Origin: Ptychomitrium polyphyllum
Taxonomy: Eukaryota
Length of the DNA: 64,000 bases
NCBI GenBank assembly: GCA_973851085.1
Contig: OZ316775.1
Location: forward strand, 18,290,001 to 18,354,000
Reading direction: 5' to 3'
Below, piece after piece: positions 11,912 through 25,700 of the stretch; within the stretch, counting starts at the first letter, position 1, and the number at the start of each line of letters is the position of its first letter. A program made the translations under genes and the position numbers. The notes beneath the pieces are model-generated. The model worked only from the letters and a program-made list of their open reading frames with translations, ran no database searches and was not told the origin of the DNA.

Positions 11912-14900
11912 GTTGATGATATCAAGAGATCTACTTGTTTATAAGTTGAAACTCGAACATAAACTTTTTCAATTATTTTTCGGCCATTTTCTTAGGGTTG
12001 ATTTTGTTTAGTGAGGTAGGAATGGGCACTTTAAAATGCTGAGTTGTGGCTATTTTGAAGAGCTTATTGAAAGCATACCAGGCACAGGAAGCTTGCAATT
12101 GCCACTTTCAGCTTGTAAATGAAGTGGGACTAAAAGATATTCGCTCCAGGTTTGTTTAAGCAAGGCAATTGGTTGTAGTTAATAAGATATTTCTGTATAT
12201 TTGGATACATCATTAAGCAGGGGTGAGGTCGGGGCACAGGTTGATCATGAGCTCAGGAACGGTGGGCATTAATCCACTGACTGATATAAGAATGTAAGTT
12301 CTTATCGCCTCGGCCAAGAATCAGCGAATGAGGTGGCGCCAGTAGATGGTTGCCGACTTGGAAGAAGAAACATGGTTTCGAGCTGAATATTAACTTGAGC
12401 TGGGATTTCAGTCTGATTCATTACCACTTCTTTAGACTGCTGGTTGTATACCTTTATCCTGTCTGTATTTTTGCATTTGCGCCAGGTTTATTAATTCGTC
12501 AGTGAAAGATTGCGCCTAAGCACTTCCGTTTTATCATAAATGTACCTTTGCATGATGTTCGATTGTTGAAGTTTTTCTTTTCTACAAAATTTCATAGGAT
12601 ATGTTTCTTCAAACAAATGGGATTGACATGGGTTTCATTTGCTTCTATTTTATTAAGCCCTGGATAAAGTAGGATGTTGTTGATTACATTGGTATGTGCT
12701 GTGGGCTTTTTTATGTCTACTCGCACCAGTATGTGCAGTCATGATTTCAAATCATGGAATTACTGTGGTCTATATTCACCAGTGTACTTGTGGTAAAAGT
12801 ATGAATTTCGAGTCCTTTAATCTGAACAGAAACATCACATGACATTGTCAAGGTCTTTGATTGTACTAATCCCACTAAATTAAATGAAGACACTGATCCA
12901 AATATAAGTGGCTCCAGGAGTGATAGGTGCTCCCTGTCACTCTTTCTTCAAGGTAAGAACTTGCTGCGATCGACCTCAGTAACGACCACCGAAGGTTTGC
13001 TTTACGACTGGTCAAGTTGAAAATTTCATCACTCTGAGAAACTGGTGAACAGGTGCTGCATTGCGGAGTCTTACTCTCAAATAACTCAGTGCCAAGTGGT
13101 GGTCATTTAGCAACCCGCTTTCAAAAAGGTAGTGTGTAGGACTCGTCTGCTGTATGAACTTTGAAGGTGTTAGCAGGAGGCCAACTATCATGATCTGAGG
13201 GTTAGCTTGTCCGTGCAACTGAGCAAGCTTTCCAGTATCGTCATGATTCATGAAACTTCCTTGTACAAGGTTTGGTGTTCTTCATCTGAGTTAGATAGGA
13301 ATATTTTGAAGGGCTCATACACGGGAGTTCACGACGAGCAATAACTTAAGCTATGCCCCTCAGTTCCTAGTACAATCGATCGCTATTAAACTCAGCCAAT
13401 GTTGGCAACCAGGAAAATTTGTACCAAATATCAATCACGAAAAAACAGGGGCCACGGGATATGCTATTCTTTCTCGGATGCCCGCATGATCTCATTTGTA
13501 ACCCAAGTATAGCAATGCAGAATCAGGAAAACAACAGAACTCTCAAAGATAGAGTCTAAGCAACCTAAAGATACGTCACCTGTGAATACGATGACTTGAC
13601 GATGTGAATAACGAGTTGCACTGATGCAACTCTTGAATTGTACAGGTGACAGCAGAACTCAGCCACCAGAACTTGCAGAGAGTCTCACAACCGGTAATAC
13701 GATGTTATGCAGGAGACTGAGTTGATAGCACTACTTCCCTGCAAATTTTCTCGGAACCCGATTTGTAAACACAAGTACATTGCAAACAGCCTGAATGATG
13801 AAGGTAATAAGAATCTGCTAGACCGTTGAAAGCTTAAAGGAAACGCAAACTAAAGCAGCGCACATGTACAGTGTAATTTGTACTTCAAGGTACTCCTTTC
13901 GTAGTACTGAGTACAATTCACAAGCAAGTGTGTGTTACAGATCTAGACCACTTTTGTCAGCACAAGCAGACAAGTTTCTCTTGGAAATACGCTGAACTTC
14001 TGTCTCCTGGAACCATCTAAGAACTAATCAATGCAGTGGTAGGTAGATAGAAAGCTAAGTAGGAATGATCTCGAAACAAGACGAGCAGAGGTAGTATTCC
14101 TCTAGAGTCTAATGAACTCTTAACAGGACCTTCGTGTACGAAAAATCATTATTTCTATATTGTGAGAGAAGAGGACAACAAACCAGCCTTTTTGTCGGAG
14201 TTTTTAAGTACTACAAAGGATTGCTCTAGACTGGGTTTGTCTCAAGGACTGGCTTTTGGGAATTGGTATGACTCAGAAAACAAAGACTGTAACTGAAACT
14301 GATGATGTGAGGACAATGTTCATGATCACGAGCATGGCAAGATATTGATTCTTAAAGTGATGGGCGCAGGCACCTGTCCATTCATCAACCACTGGACCTG
14401 TGTAGAAGATTTGAATCAATGATCAAAGTTGGAGACCTAGAGGTGCCAAAGCTTGGCATCATCACCTAGGTCTTGCTTAGGTCCGCTTTGTACTATGCAT
14501 TAATAAATAAACAGATGCAAAGGGCTTGAGGCTCAAGTGGGTGTGACGTGGAGGAGCAGGTGATCTGGCACAGGGTTGCTAGACAAATGTCATTTCCTTT
14601 TTAGGCAGAATGAAAGTAATCTTTACATTCGGTGCTTTTTTGCAATTGTTACTATGCAATAGTTTACTTTATTTCCGAGATAGGAAAGTGTGCTCACCTG
14701 GACTACAACAAGAGCAAAACACCCTCTGAGATATTTATCTACAATTTGGAGAATGACAAATATGCATGCACTCATTGTGTGTAATGGTCCAGTGGCTGAA
14801 GAGTGTTTGAGGGTGCTGTTGTTGGGGTAAATAATTGATGTCCACATTATGCTCCATCACAGATGCACCAACTTTGGATATATGCTAGAGTTTGGCATTA

Positions 14901-17900
14901 TCACCTTGGTGTTTGAATTAGATCAGCTTCAAATTGCATGAGGGTGGCAGCATTAGATCCACTTCAGATTGTAGGGAGGGCAACAAGGCGGGGTGTTGGC
15001 ATTGCAAAGGGGAAGTTGCATTGGAGCATGCAAATGGTGACACAGTCAAATGTCATATTACTTATCTAGCAATTCTCCATGCAAATCCAGTGGTTACCAA
15101 CTGTTTCTATTTTCTATTTTGTGCCTCCTGCTATGTGAACAATGATGGACTCATTTTGAGAGGTTTGTTTTTGCTTATTGATGGACATCTTTTTTTGTGT
15201 TGTCTAATACTTGAATTGTTTTACAAAGTTTTACCTTTCCAAAGTAAAAAAGTCTTTTGTCTTTCAATCCAAGGGCTTATGGGGAAAACTTTCTTTTAAA
15301 AAACAATCTTCACTTGCGTCATGGCACTTAATGAACGATTTTCATCTATAATGTGACATGGCAAACAATAAAAATGTATAGTGTGAAAACATACGAAGAA
15401 ATGCATAATATTAGGATTTAAGGACAAACATCCACATGGTATTTCTTCATTTTCTTTGGTATTAAATCTAAACCGGACTTCAATTTTAAGTCTAAATAAA
15501 TATGAATTAAACATGGATTTTGCTAAATATGGATTTTCTAAAGAATTTTGAATTATTGAATTCATAAGCAGATACCTCCATTTTAGAGGAATTATGGCTT
15601 CAAAATTTGAGATTGTTAATAGTCAAATGATAATGATATTCTAAATTTTAAGCCATGAATTAATTACAGTGGAGGCACCTTCCTATAAATTTTGTTGTTT
15701 AAAGTTTTCTAAAAAGTTGAGATTTAGTAGAAATTGTGTAATTGCTCAATTTTCATTAATACGTTAAAAAAGCAATATGGTATTTTATAAAATTCATCAA
15801 AAATTGAAAAAAAAATACTAGAAAATGTTACTATATGAGTAAAAAGTGAGCAATGAGAAATTTTTTTGCACATTCTTTTAAGAATTATTATATTAAGGGT
15901 AGAAGAAGCACTTACGACTACAAACAATCATGGAGTTTGTGAAAAAAAATTGGCCTACTCACATTGGTAGTAGAATATAGGACTGTGCAAATTCCAAAGA
16001 TTTTAAGTTGCATCTATTCTTGTGAATTTGCAATAACAACTTTTTTTCTATTTGTGGTAGTAATTTCTTTTCTATTATAGTGGATTCGTATTCAAAAAAT
16101 GCACTAAATATTGTGGATTTTGATAAGTGTTTTCTTATGAATTTAATTCAAAGTGCAAATCCTTTAGATAAAAGACACTAAAGTAAAAATAAGTGATTTC
16201 TCCAATTTTTTGTTGTTTTAAGCTCCAAATTAAAAGTATTCCAAAGCAAGTTAGATGGGACAAAATAATAGAATGTATGACAACCTTGTGACTTTTTAAT
16301 AGAGGTTGTTCAATTCATTCCAAAAAGATGAAGAAAGCACACACCATGCATTCTTCATAGTGAACACACTTAGCATAAAGTAGATTCTCTATTATGCTTG
16401 TTACTAAAATTCTTGGTGGTGAGAGCTTTTTTTTGCACCATTTGCAAACTTGAATACCAAACATGCCATATTGATAACAGTTTTTGCCATAATAACCAAG
16501 AAATACGTTGATTGCATAAGAAAGCATGTACAATAAAAAAAATCTATTAAAACCTTGGTATTGAAAAAAAGAATTGAAATTAAGAAGGCCAAGAGGACTT
16601 TCATATCTTTATTAAGCATCAAGACCTCAATCAATACAATTAAATGGTAGAGCTCTACAATTCAAGTCCAAAAACTAATTGTTATAATATAAAAAAATAA
16701 AAAGATAAACTGCTTATTCATTGCATTACCATAATGCTAAAAGGAACAGCCCAGCTTTCCTATTTAATGAAATTAGATTAAAGAATTTTTGTTATAATAC
16801 TTTTTTTTTGTGTCTTTTAGCTCATTCTACCAAAACTCAATTTACATGAAAGGAAGTTATTGGTAGTTTATTAATTTTCATCATGATAAAATATGGATTA
16901 TAAATTCTTTCCAATGTTATGAGCCTTTTGTGTAAATATAAGTGGATGAATTGATCTTTTAGTCCTTGCCAAACATGTAATCTATATCAAAGTTTTGGCT
17001 CTTTTTTTGTATGAAATAATATTGATAACACAAATTTACAATTCATTCATGATGCGTTCACATTGAAATTTTGAGCAATTGAAATAATTGACCTATACTA
17101 TGAAAAGTAGGAAATCAATAATAAATGATAGTGCAGGTATGTGGCAATTTATGCGTGAAGGAGTGATTGTAGTGTGGTGATTTGGCACACAAACTCCCTC
17201 AAACTTCATCTGAACAAAGTCTCAACAATGATATCATGCATTTGAGTGGTGGAAATATTGTTTTGGAAGAGGATGTTCAGAGGGCTTACTAAAGAATGTT
17301 CTGGGAACAGCATTTGAATTCTACAAGCTCCAAAACGTACCGGAGTGTGTTTCAAGGAAATGGGGATTGTACTTGAAACTCCTGCAACTCTGCCAAGAGT
17401 GGAATCCAGATGTTTTTGTTCATGGGTTTCAAAGGAGTCTGTATGTACTACCGGAATAGATTGGAAGGAGGCGCTCCTTCACGGTCCTTGAACTTGCACC
17501 ATGGACCAGCAGAATCTTAATGTATGCCAGTTTTCTTTGAGACTGGTGCTGGACTCTGTGCTCCATGGATGTAGAAGCTAGCATCGAACTCTGCCTCTAT
17601 TGGAAGGCACCTGCAACCTGCAGCTACTGTAGTGGATGTAACTTTGCATAAGACTTTACAAGCAACAACCCGTACCCAGAAACAAGTCCAACCTACTGTA
17701 AAGTCCTTCACAGAAAACACAGAAAACAGAAACACTGTCAGACCATGGTACTGTGTCCAGCCTTTAAATTACACAGAGGCACAAGAGCTACTAGGAGAGA
17801 AGACCACTGAGTTTAGCTTATAGAAAAACTCATTCGTGAGTAGTTCAAAGTATCCTTGCTCTCTTTTGATAAAGCAGCTGTTAGAAAACTTGGCTTTCTT

Positions 17901-17931
17901 GAAAGGAACAGAATACTACAGCAGGATAAAG

Positions 17932-18001
17932 CATATGGGTATTGGAACATGAAGTGAAGTAAACAACATAAAGTAAACATATGGGTGTTGGAACATGAAG
18001 T
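17932..18001. repeat. Short two-copy direct repeat catatgggtrttggaacatgaagt
   Basis: catatgggtattggaacatgaagt (~17932) and catatgggtgttggaacatgaagt (~17978), one mismatch. Confidence 0.7.
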
Positions 18002-21000
18002 TTAAGTAGTTAACAAATGTAGAAGTTTATGAATTCCTTAGAAGTTATCAGTTTGCCAATCTGTCAAATATTGAATTTTTACTAAAATAAGATGTTGAAT
18101 CTTCCTTGCATAGAAACTAGCTTTTAACAAACTTTTTGGGTTGTTTTTTTTTATTAAGAAAGACCAAATAAAATATTGAAGTATTCAAGTTTGTATTGAA
18201 AAGACAAATTATAAATGTTTTGTCCATCTACTAAAGTAGGAGTATCCTTTACTAATCATTTGCTCATTATTGTTATGTGTCATTGGATTCAAGTCAATCA
18301 TATATGTTTTGATTTGCTAGCAATTACAAGAAGAATGAATTACAATTTTTCAATTTAAGATTTATAGAATTAGAATTATACAATTTTATAGAATAAGTCA
18401 AAGTAAAAGTGTATATCTTTCATGTATAAATAGTAGAATGACTAACTTCTACAAGCCATCAAACCATAACCACTTTTTATTTTTTCTACTTTTTCTAAAA
18501 TATTATAATAACGAAGTGAATATTTAGTCCTAAATTTAAGTTAAAATATGAAAGTTTGTTTTCACATGATCACAAATAAATTGATTCATAATTGGACCTA
18601 GATTTGTACTTAATTGAAATTAAGAAAAAAATGTGCATGATTGCCATGGAATTCAGATGGAGATGAATACCATTATTTTATGGTCTAGTAGGATTTGTGG
18701 TAGACCTAAAGTTAAAAAAAAATTAAATTCCATATTATGTTTCAAAAATATATTTTTGAAAAGAAATTAATAAATATGAAAAGAGAATTTTAGAAAATAT
18801 TCTTTGCTTTGACATTTGTTGAAATATGTATTATTCGAAACTATCAAGTTGGCAAATGGATTCAATAGTAAGTTGGAAGTTGGAAGTTAAGTTCATGGAT
18901 GGATAAGACATGATGAAGCGAAGCATAAATTCCATGATTTGTTATTCAAATACAAGAATAAGAAATGACATGATATAAAGATGATTATCTAAAATGTATG
19001 ATAAGACATTTTGTACATATCATAGTAAGCGGTGTATGAAGTGTATGTTATAAGATTCAAAAGATAAATTTATGAAAAAGAATGAAAATATAAATACATC
19101 TTCAAATATCATACCAAATATTTAGTTTACAAAGTTTCAGATAGCAAGTCTGCTTTTCACTCTAAAATCTTGATTTTCTAACAAAAAATTATAATGTACT
19201 TCACTTATTTAACTTAGCACTTATTAGAATGGAGAAACAAATTTCACCAATTAAATTTTTTTGGATGACTTTCATTCACCTTGGTGTTTTTCTTATTGTG
19301 TTGAACATTTATAATAATAGCATAAATTAAGATAAAAGAATGTATTTCAATTAGTACTACTGTTAGAAAGGTAGTTTTAACTCAATATGAACTTTTCAAT
19401 AAAATCTAAATTACAAACTCCATGGAGATGCCTCTATGTCAATGGAATCATGACCTCATATCTTGAGTATCATTGTCATTAATTAAATAATAGTAGTGTC
19501 CAACATTTTAAGTTCTAATTCCATTCTAGATAACTATAGATGGTTTTGCGACCAAAGTAGAGTTTTATTAGATTTTCAGATTAGGAAAACACTTCAAAAC
19601 ACTTCAAATTCAAGTTTGAAGTCATCCACTATGTTTTTGATTATGTGAGCTCTCAACCAATGCAATTGTAAGACCTCACCAAGCGTACTGCTACAACTTA
19701 CACTAGGGGTATTCACAACATCAAGGCATTTGCTGAAAACTTTCATTGAATCCAGGCCATCAACCAAAGTTCCCGAAAGCACGTCCACTTGAAACTTGCA
19801 TGGCGTTTGGACATAGGTTCTCCCTTGAAAGCTGCTGGAAAACTTCACTGCTCTCTACAGATGTTGCAATGGTGATCTGCTGGTTGGGGTTCAAATACTT
19901 CAGAGAAGTTTGCTTTTGACCTGGTTTCAGCTTCATCATGAATGCCACTATTTTACGAATGTTCAGTACGTGCTGTCACCACGACATACTGCAGCATTGG
20001 AAGGATTGGGGAAACACTCGGGGACAACTCCCACTTTCATGATCTGTAAGGGTCATGAGAGTACGGGAACACCATCACTGGCTGCATGGCACTGCTGTTC
20101 AAAGAGTACCTTGGTTCGAAATGGGATCAATAATGGCAGTGAGCCAGGCTCTGCTGCTACAAATTTCCGTTCCTACCCTAATTTTTGGGAGACTCTAGAC
20201 AAACTCTGTCTATTTTGGTTTCTTTATTGCTATATGAACTTTATGGTCAGTCTGCAAAGTGCATTATGGCAGTGGCTTACCAATTCAGAATACCGTACCA
20301 TGTCTACTAAAGAAAGTTACTATGAACTATTCCATGAACTGTAATTATTTCACAGCGGGAGTTCGGAGTGGACTTATTGGACAAACTAATCTCAAATTTA
20401 GTCTCACTCAGTTATAGACAACTACATTTGGAATTCGGGTTATGCAACTTCACCTGAACGTGGATCAGCTCCTTAACAATCTTCAGATCGACATGACGTT
20501 TTTAGGAACAATCATTTCGAGGGAAACATTCGGTGTATGCCCACCTCACCAGTGAGCCTCTCAAAATCAATATAACAAAGAGAATGTTCTTAGAATTAGT
20601 GGTCCGAAAGGAAAATGGAAAAAATTATTATGTGAGTTAGAACCAACTCACCTTGGTATTTGAAAGAGAAAAATGAACAACAAATGATAGCAAGGGCATG
20701 TCATAATGAATAGATGAAAACATATGTCTTATTTGGTAATTTGGTGCACAAAATCCTTCAATCCTTAATTATATCAAACCAATACTATTCTTACCATTTA
20801 TGGATTTAAAGTTGTATATATACACCACTTCTAAAACAATAGCATCAATTTTAGATACAATGTTGGTTTTAGGAGCATTCATAGCCAATGATGATTTTAA
20901 ATTGACTAATAATTGTATAGTCATAACCTATTCTACATACTTGCATGATTTTTATTCAAAATAATACTATATTGGAGTATGAGCATGCAAAGAAGAAAGA

Positions 21001-22788
21001 TTTTTGTTTTTAAGAATATAAAGGTAAATTATATAAAAGAAGTAGGTTGTATGGTTTTAGGATTTTTGCTTGTATCAATTTTTGATTTAAAAATGTTATT
21101 AATTAAAAAAATGAAAATATTGTTCATTTTCTAAAAAAGTGTAATAGTTAAGCAAGCTAAAATTCAATAAGCATTAGATATTAAATACATACAATATAGA
21201 TCCTTTTTCTTTTGCAAACTTTTTAAAATAATAATACTATAATGAAGTATTAAACACTATTTCCATCATTTTAAGCAATTTAAAAATCAATTTTAAATTG
21301 AAAAATACATACACCAATTGAATTTAAAATGAAATGTCCAAATCATTTTTTTAACTTATTCAAAAACATGTGTTCTTAATCTCTTATGATTTTTTAGAGT
21401 GTTTTTTGCAAACACTAGCTTTGCTTATGAAATAAACCATTTCATAACACATCTTGTCCACCAATCAACCACCTTCATACCCTATCAATACTTAAATCTA
21501 CAACAAGCAAATATTCAATTTAGTTGAATACTCACAAACTGGACACAATGGTCTTTAGCATGAATGCAATAAATAATTAGAATTGGCATTTATTGAAATG
21601 CCAGCCAAATAAAATGATAAATTACAGAGTGAAGTTGAAAATTCTAGAAAAAAAAGGTGTGACAAGTTTATTTTAAAAATCTATTTAAAGTAAAATCTAG
21701 ATCAAACAACAACAGACAGCCGGTTGGTTATGTGTAATAAAGGCCTGACTAAAATTTTCAAAAAACTTCCGTACCCTGCTTGGGTAGGTGCAATAGAGGA
21801 ATAGAAACTGATGAAGCGTAACGCCTCGAACGAGGGCATCCAGAAGGAGCCAAGGAATATTCCCCAGGTAGATTCCCGAGAGAGGAGGGGAGGCCAGTGA
21901 GAGCGAGTGGGGGAGACCGAGCAACATGCACGGAGGGAGGGGCGATGGCCTTTATGGTCTCTCTGGTGGCACTCGATCTGCGGAACATAATTGCCAGGCC
22001 GAGCGAGGACCTGACCGGACCATGTTTGCTCGCACAGCCACGCCTCCAGAGCAGCTTTGCACTTGGTTAGAATTTAGGCCTTCGCCACTTGGAACCCTGG
22101 GCGCATTTGTGTGGCGAGAATTGTCTCTCGCAGTGCTTGTGGCGCATAGGGAAAGTTGTCCGCTCGTCAGCTCGTCCGCTCGTCCGCTCCTGCTTTGCTG
22201 TGCTTCCAACCTGTGCAAGCTCTTTGCCTTCACGAACACTGCGGGCTGCTACTGCGGGCTGCCTTGCGAGGTTGTTTGTTTGTTTGTTTGTTGTAGAGGA
22301 GCTGAGTCTAAGTCGTCTTAGCTCTCAGTGTTGTGGACGGACTTTTTAGTAGATTTCAATTTGCATCATTGTGATCGCAAAAGTCTGGATACCTGTCGTT
22401 GAGGAGCCCTTAGGTGTTCTCTTGTCCCTCGGTGTTGCGGAACGGATTTGGACGCTCCTTTTTGTTGTTGATTGGTTCTTACCTCCTTCTTTACCGTTTT
22501 GTTATTAGTGTTGTTGACGCCTCGTGCGTTGAGTTAGTTCTTGCCAATGCGGTTGTGGCTGAGATTTTTAGTGTGTTAGGGGATTGGAAGTTGTCAGTGT
22601 TGGCCGTACTGGTGTTGTGTGTGAGGTTACGGCTTCTTTGAGTGAATTTTTTTTTTTCCTTTAGTCGGGAAGTTGCGCAAGCAGTGTAGAGAAGAGGAGC
22701 GTGAAAGAGTTAAAATATCGTCGAGGAGGAGCCGGGGATTGTTGACTGGATATTTGGAAAGGCCGGACGGTTTGCAAGTTTTCTCAAG

Positions 22789-25700
22789 ATGATGTTACAG
22801 AAGATGGCGTCTATTGACGCCCAGATGCGGCTGCTTGTGCCGAAACGAGTGTCGGAAGATGATAAGCTGATCGAGTACGACGCGCTTCTGCTGGATCGGT
22901 TCCTTGATATCCTTGAGGAGCTTCATGGCAGAGAGATCAAGGACAAGGTAGTTTATGAAATTCTGATCGCCGCATCTAATTTGGAATAGCACTCTGCTTA
23001 TTGCTTTTCGCCTTTCTTCTTTGGTTTAAGGTTTATGCGAGGGACTTCGTAGCAATTGAGCAGATTTTTAAAAGTATAATCAGGCCCGTGGCAAAATGTT
23101 TTTTCATGATTTACGCAGGTGTAGATTGAATGTTGTTTAAGATCTACAATTGTTATAAATTTTAGCAAGTCCGTATCCAGATAAATGTTGCAGGGATCAA
23201 GGTTTGGATGCTCTTGTAGATCTGTTGTGGATATCTTAGAAATGTGTAGTTGTAGATTTGTTTCTTGAGAAATTTGTAAAATGTGTTGTCAGTGTGGAAG
23301 TCAATGTGTAAAGTCAGCTCAATGCAAGGCTTCTGAGCATTAGCTGTCGGAGATATCTGCTTTAATCCGTAAGGTGCAAGTGAGGCCACGCTTGAATGAA
23401 AGGGAGTGGAGTTAAATTAGCTGCACCTAATGCTGTACTCCTTCCTCTAGTTTAGTAAACAAGATGCTCCTGCGAGTTGATTTGGTTTGCCTGCCGCGAT
23501 GAATTGCAGAGCGTGAATTGCTAGGTCCTGACTTGCGCGTTTGACCGTTACAGGTTCAGAATTTGTACGAGTTGTCCGGCCTGTACTCCAAAAAAGATGG
23601 TCGTGGTGATGTGGATAAGCTTCACCAGCTTGTAGATCTGTTCAACCAGCTGGATCCCGGTGATAATATTGTGGTGGCCAGTTCTTTCTCGCACATGCTT
23701 AATCTTGGAAATTTGGCTGAGGAGGTCCAAATTGCTTACAGGCGGCGTGTCTCGAATGCTAAGAAAGGTGACATTGGAGACGAGAACAGTGCCTTGACTG
23801 AATCGGACATGGAGGAGACATTTCATCGTCTGATCAAACAGATGAAAAAAACTCCTCAGGAGATTTTTGAGGCACTCAAGGACCAGACTGTGGACTTGGT
23901 CTTGACAGCACATCCAACTCAATCTGTTCGCCGGTCCCTCCTCCAGAAGCATTCTCGGTAAGCGATATATTTTATACTTAAAGTTCACTTTTTAGCACGA
24001 ATATCTGTCGTGAGTTTCATTGTAAGCAAACATTTTAGGATTTCTTTCGGAGCATATCGGGTTTTGCAAGAGAAGTTGTGGATCATATCCAGATGCTGAA
24101 GCAATATTTCTGCTGATAGTATCATCATTGTAAGGCAAGAATCTTGCTAGTGCACGCATTGGCCTATTCACATCCTCATGGGCTTAAAGATCACCGAATT
24201 GTACTTTACTGTTCTGGCGGAATTATTGCAGTTGCTTCTGCTTTGCTTCAATGTTGATGGTGTGGTAAATTTGGCAGAATCCGGAGCTGTCTGTCACAGA
24301 TGTACCAGAAAGATATTCTAGCCGATGAAAAGAAGGAGTTGGACGAAAGTCTTCAACGAGAGGTGTGTTAATTTGTTTTATGACAGACCTGAACTTTATA
24401 AGATTTTAGATTCTTTCCTTTTTTTAATTCGTGGATTGTTTCCTAATGGCGATCTGTAAGTCGTCAGTTGCTCCGAGTACCCTTATTTGATCTGGTTGAT
24501 GGTAACGCTTTGAGCCTTTTATAGGAGAGGAATTACAAGATTACTTACAGTGAATTTATTGGATAGATTCAAGCTGCCTTCCGAACTGATGAGATTCGGC
24601 GATCACAGCCTACACCCCAGGATGAAATGCGTGCTGGCATGAGTTACTTCCATGAAACTATTTGGAACGGTGTTCCTAAGTTTTTACGCCGTGTCGACAC
24701 CTCGTTGAAGGCAATTGGTGTTAATGAGCGTCTACCACACAATGTTACACTTATCCAATTTTCTTCTTGGATGGGTGGTGATCGCGATGGTAAGCCTTGG
24801 ATCTTTGTGATCAGAATAGGCTCCTCTGCGCTATTAGCACATGTAATGCTCGGCTTTGAGAATAGCAACTTGTGTTTGGTCTTGTTTTACAATCTATCCC
24901 TATATCTATGATGTAGGAAGGAGAAGCGACACATGTAGTCTGACCATATCGTTGATACTACTACATCGAGGATAACTTTGCACATTTGCCTTTGGTCAGT
25001 GATGTCTCTTGAACGCCAGCCAATCATGATTGAGTGCTCCAGTTACGCTAATCAGTTACTAAAAAGGTAAAGTCATGGAGGTGGTATTATAGGTGTGCGG
25101 ATCCTTGCATTTCACCGTATCTATCAATCATGGAAGTAAACGAGTAATGACGGCATCCTGTCTGTAATTCGCTGACTTCCATGGTGACTAAACGTTTTTT
25201 TAAACGACCACAGAAGTTAGAATTGGCCTAGGAAATCATCCTGTTCATGTACAAAACTATTGTGGTTGGAGCTTGGAAATGGTTGTGTATGACCTGGTGG
25301 ATGTTTAAAAGTGTGATCCAAAAACGTGCACGTCCATGAGCACACGGTTAAGTAGCTGGTAGTGCTGTTCCTGCTGATACGAGTCTGTTCATGATCTTGT
25401 CTCGATATACCTATATATAAGGTATATTACAGGTGATGTTCGTATGCGAGAAGTTTCGACTTATTTTCTCTACGTTTAATGTTGTGTACCAGGTAACCCG
25501 CGTGTGACGCCAGAGGTTACTCGAGATGTCTGCCTATTAGCTCGACTGATGGCGACCAACCTTTATTTCACGCAAATTGAGGATCTCATGTTTGAGGTTC
25601 CTAAATACTTGCTTACCTCATGCTCTTTCTGTGATTTGGAGGACACTGGTTTCTTGTTAGAGGAGAAGAAATTCAAGAGTCAGTGATTTGAATGTTTAAG

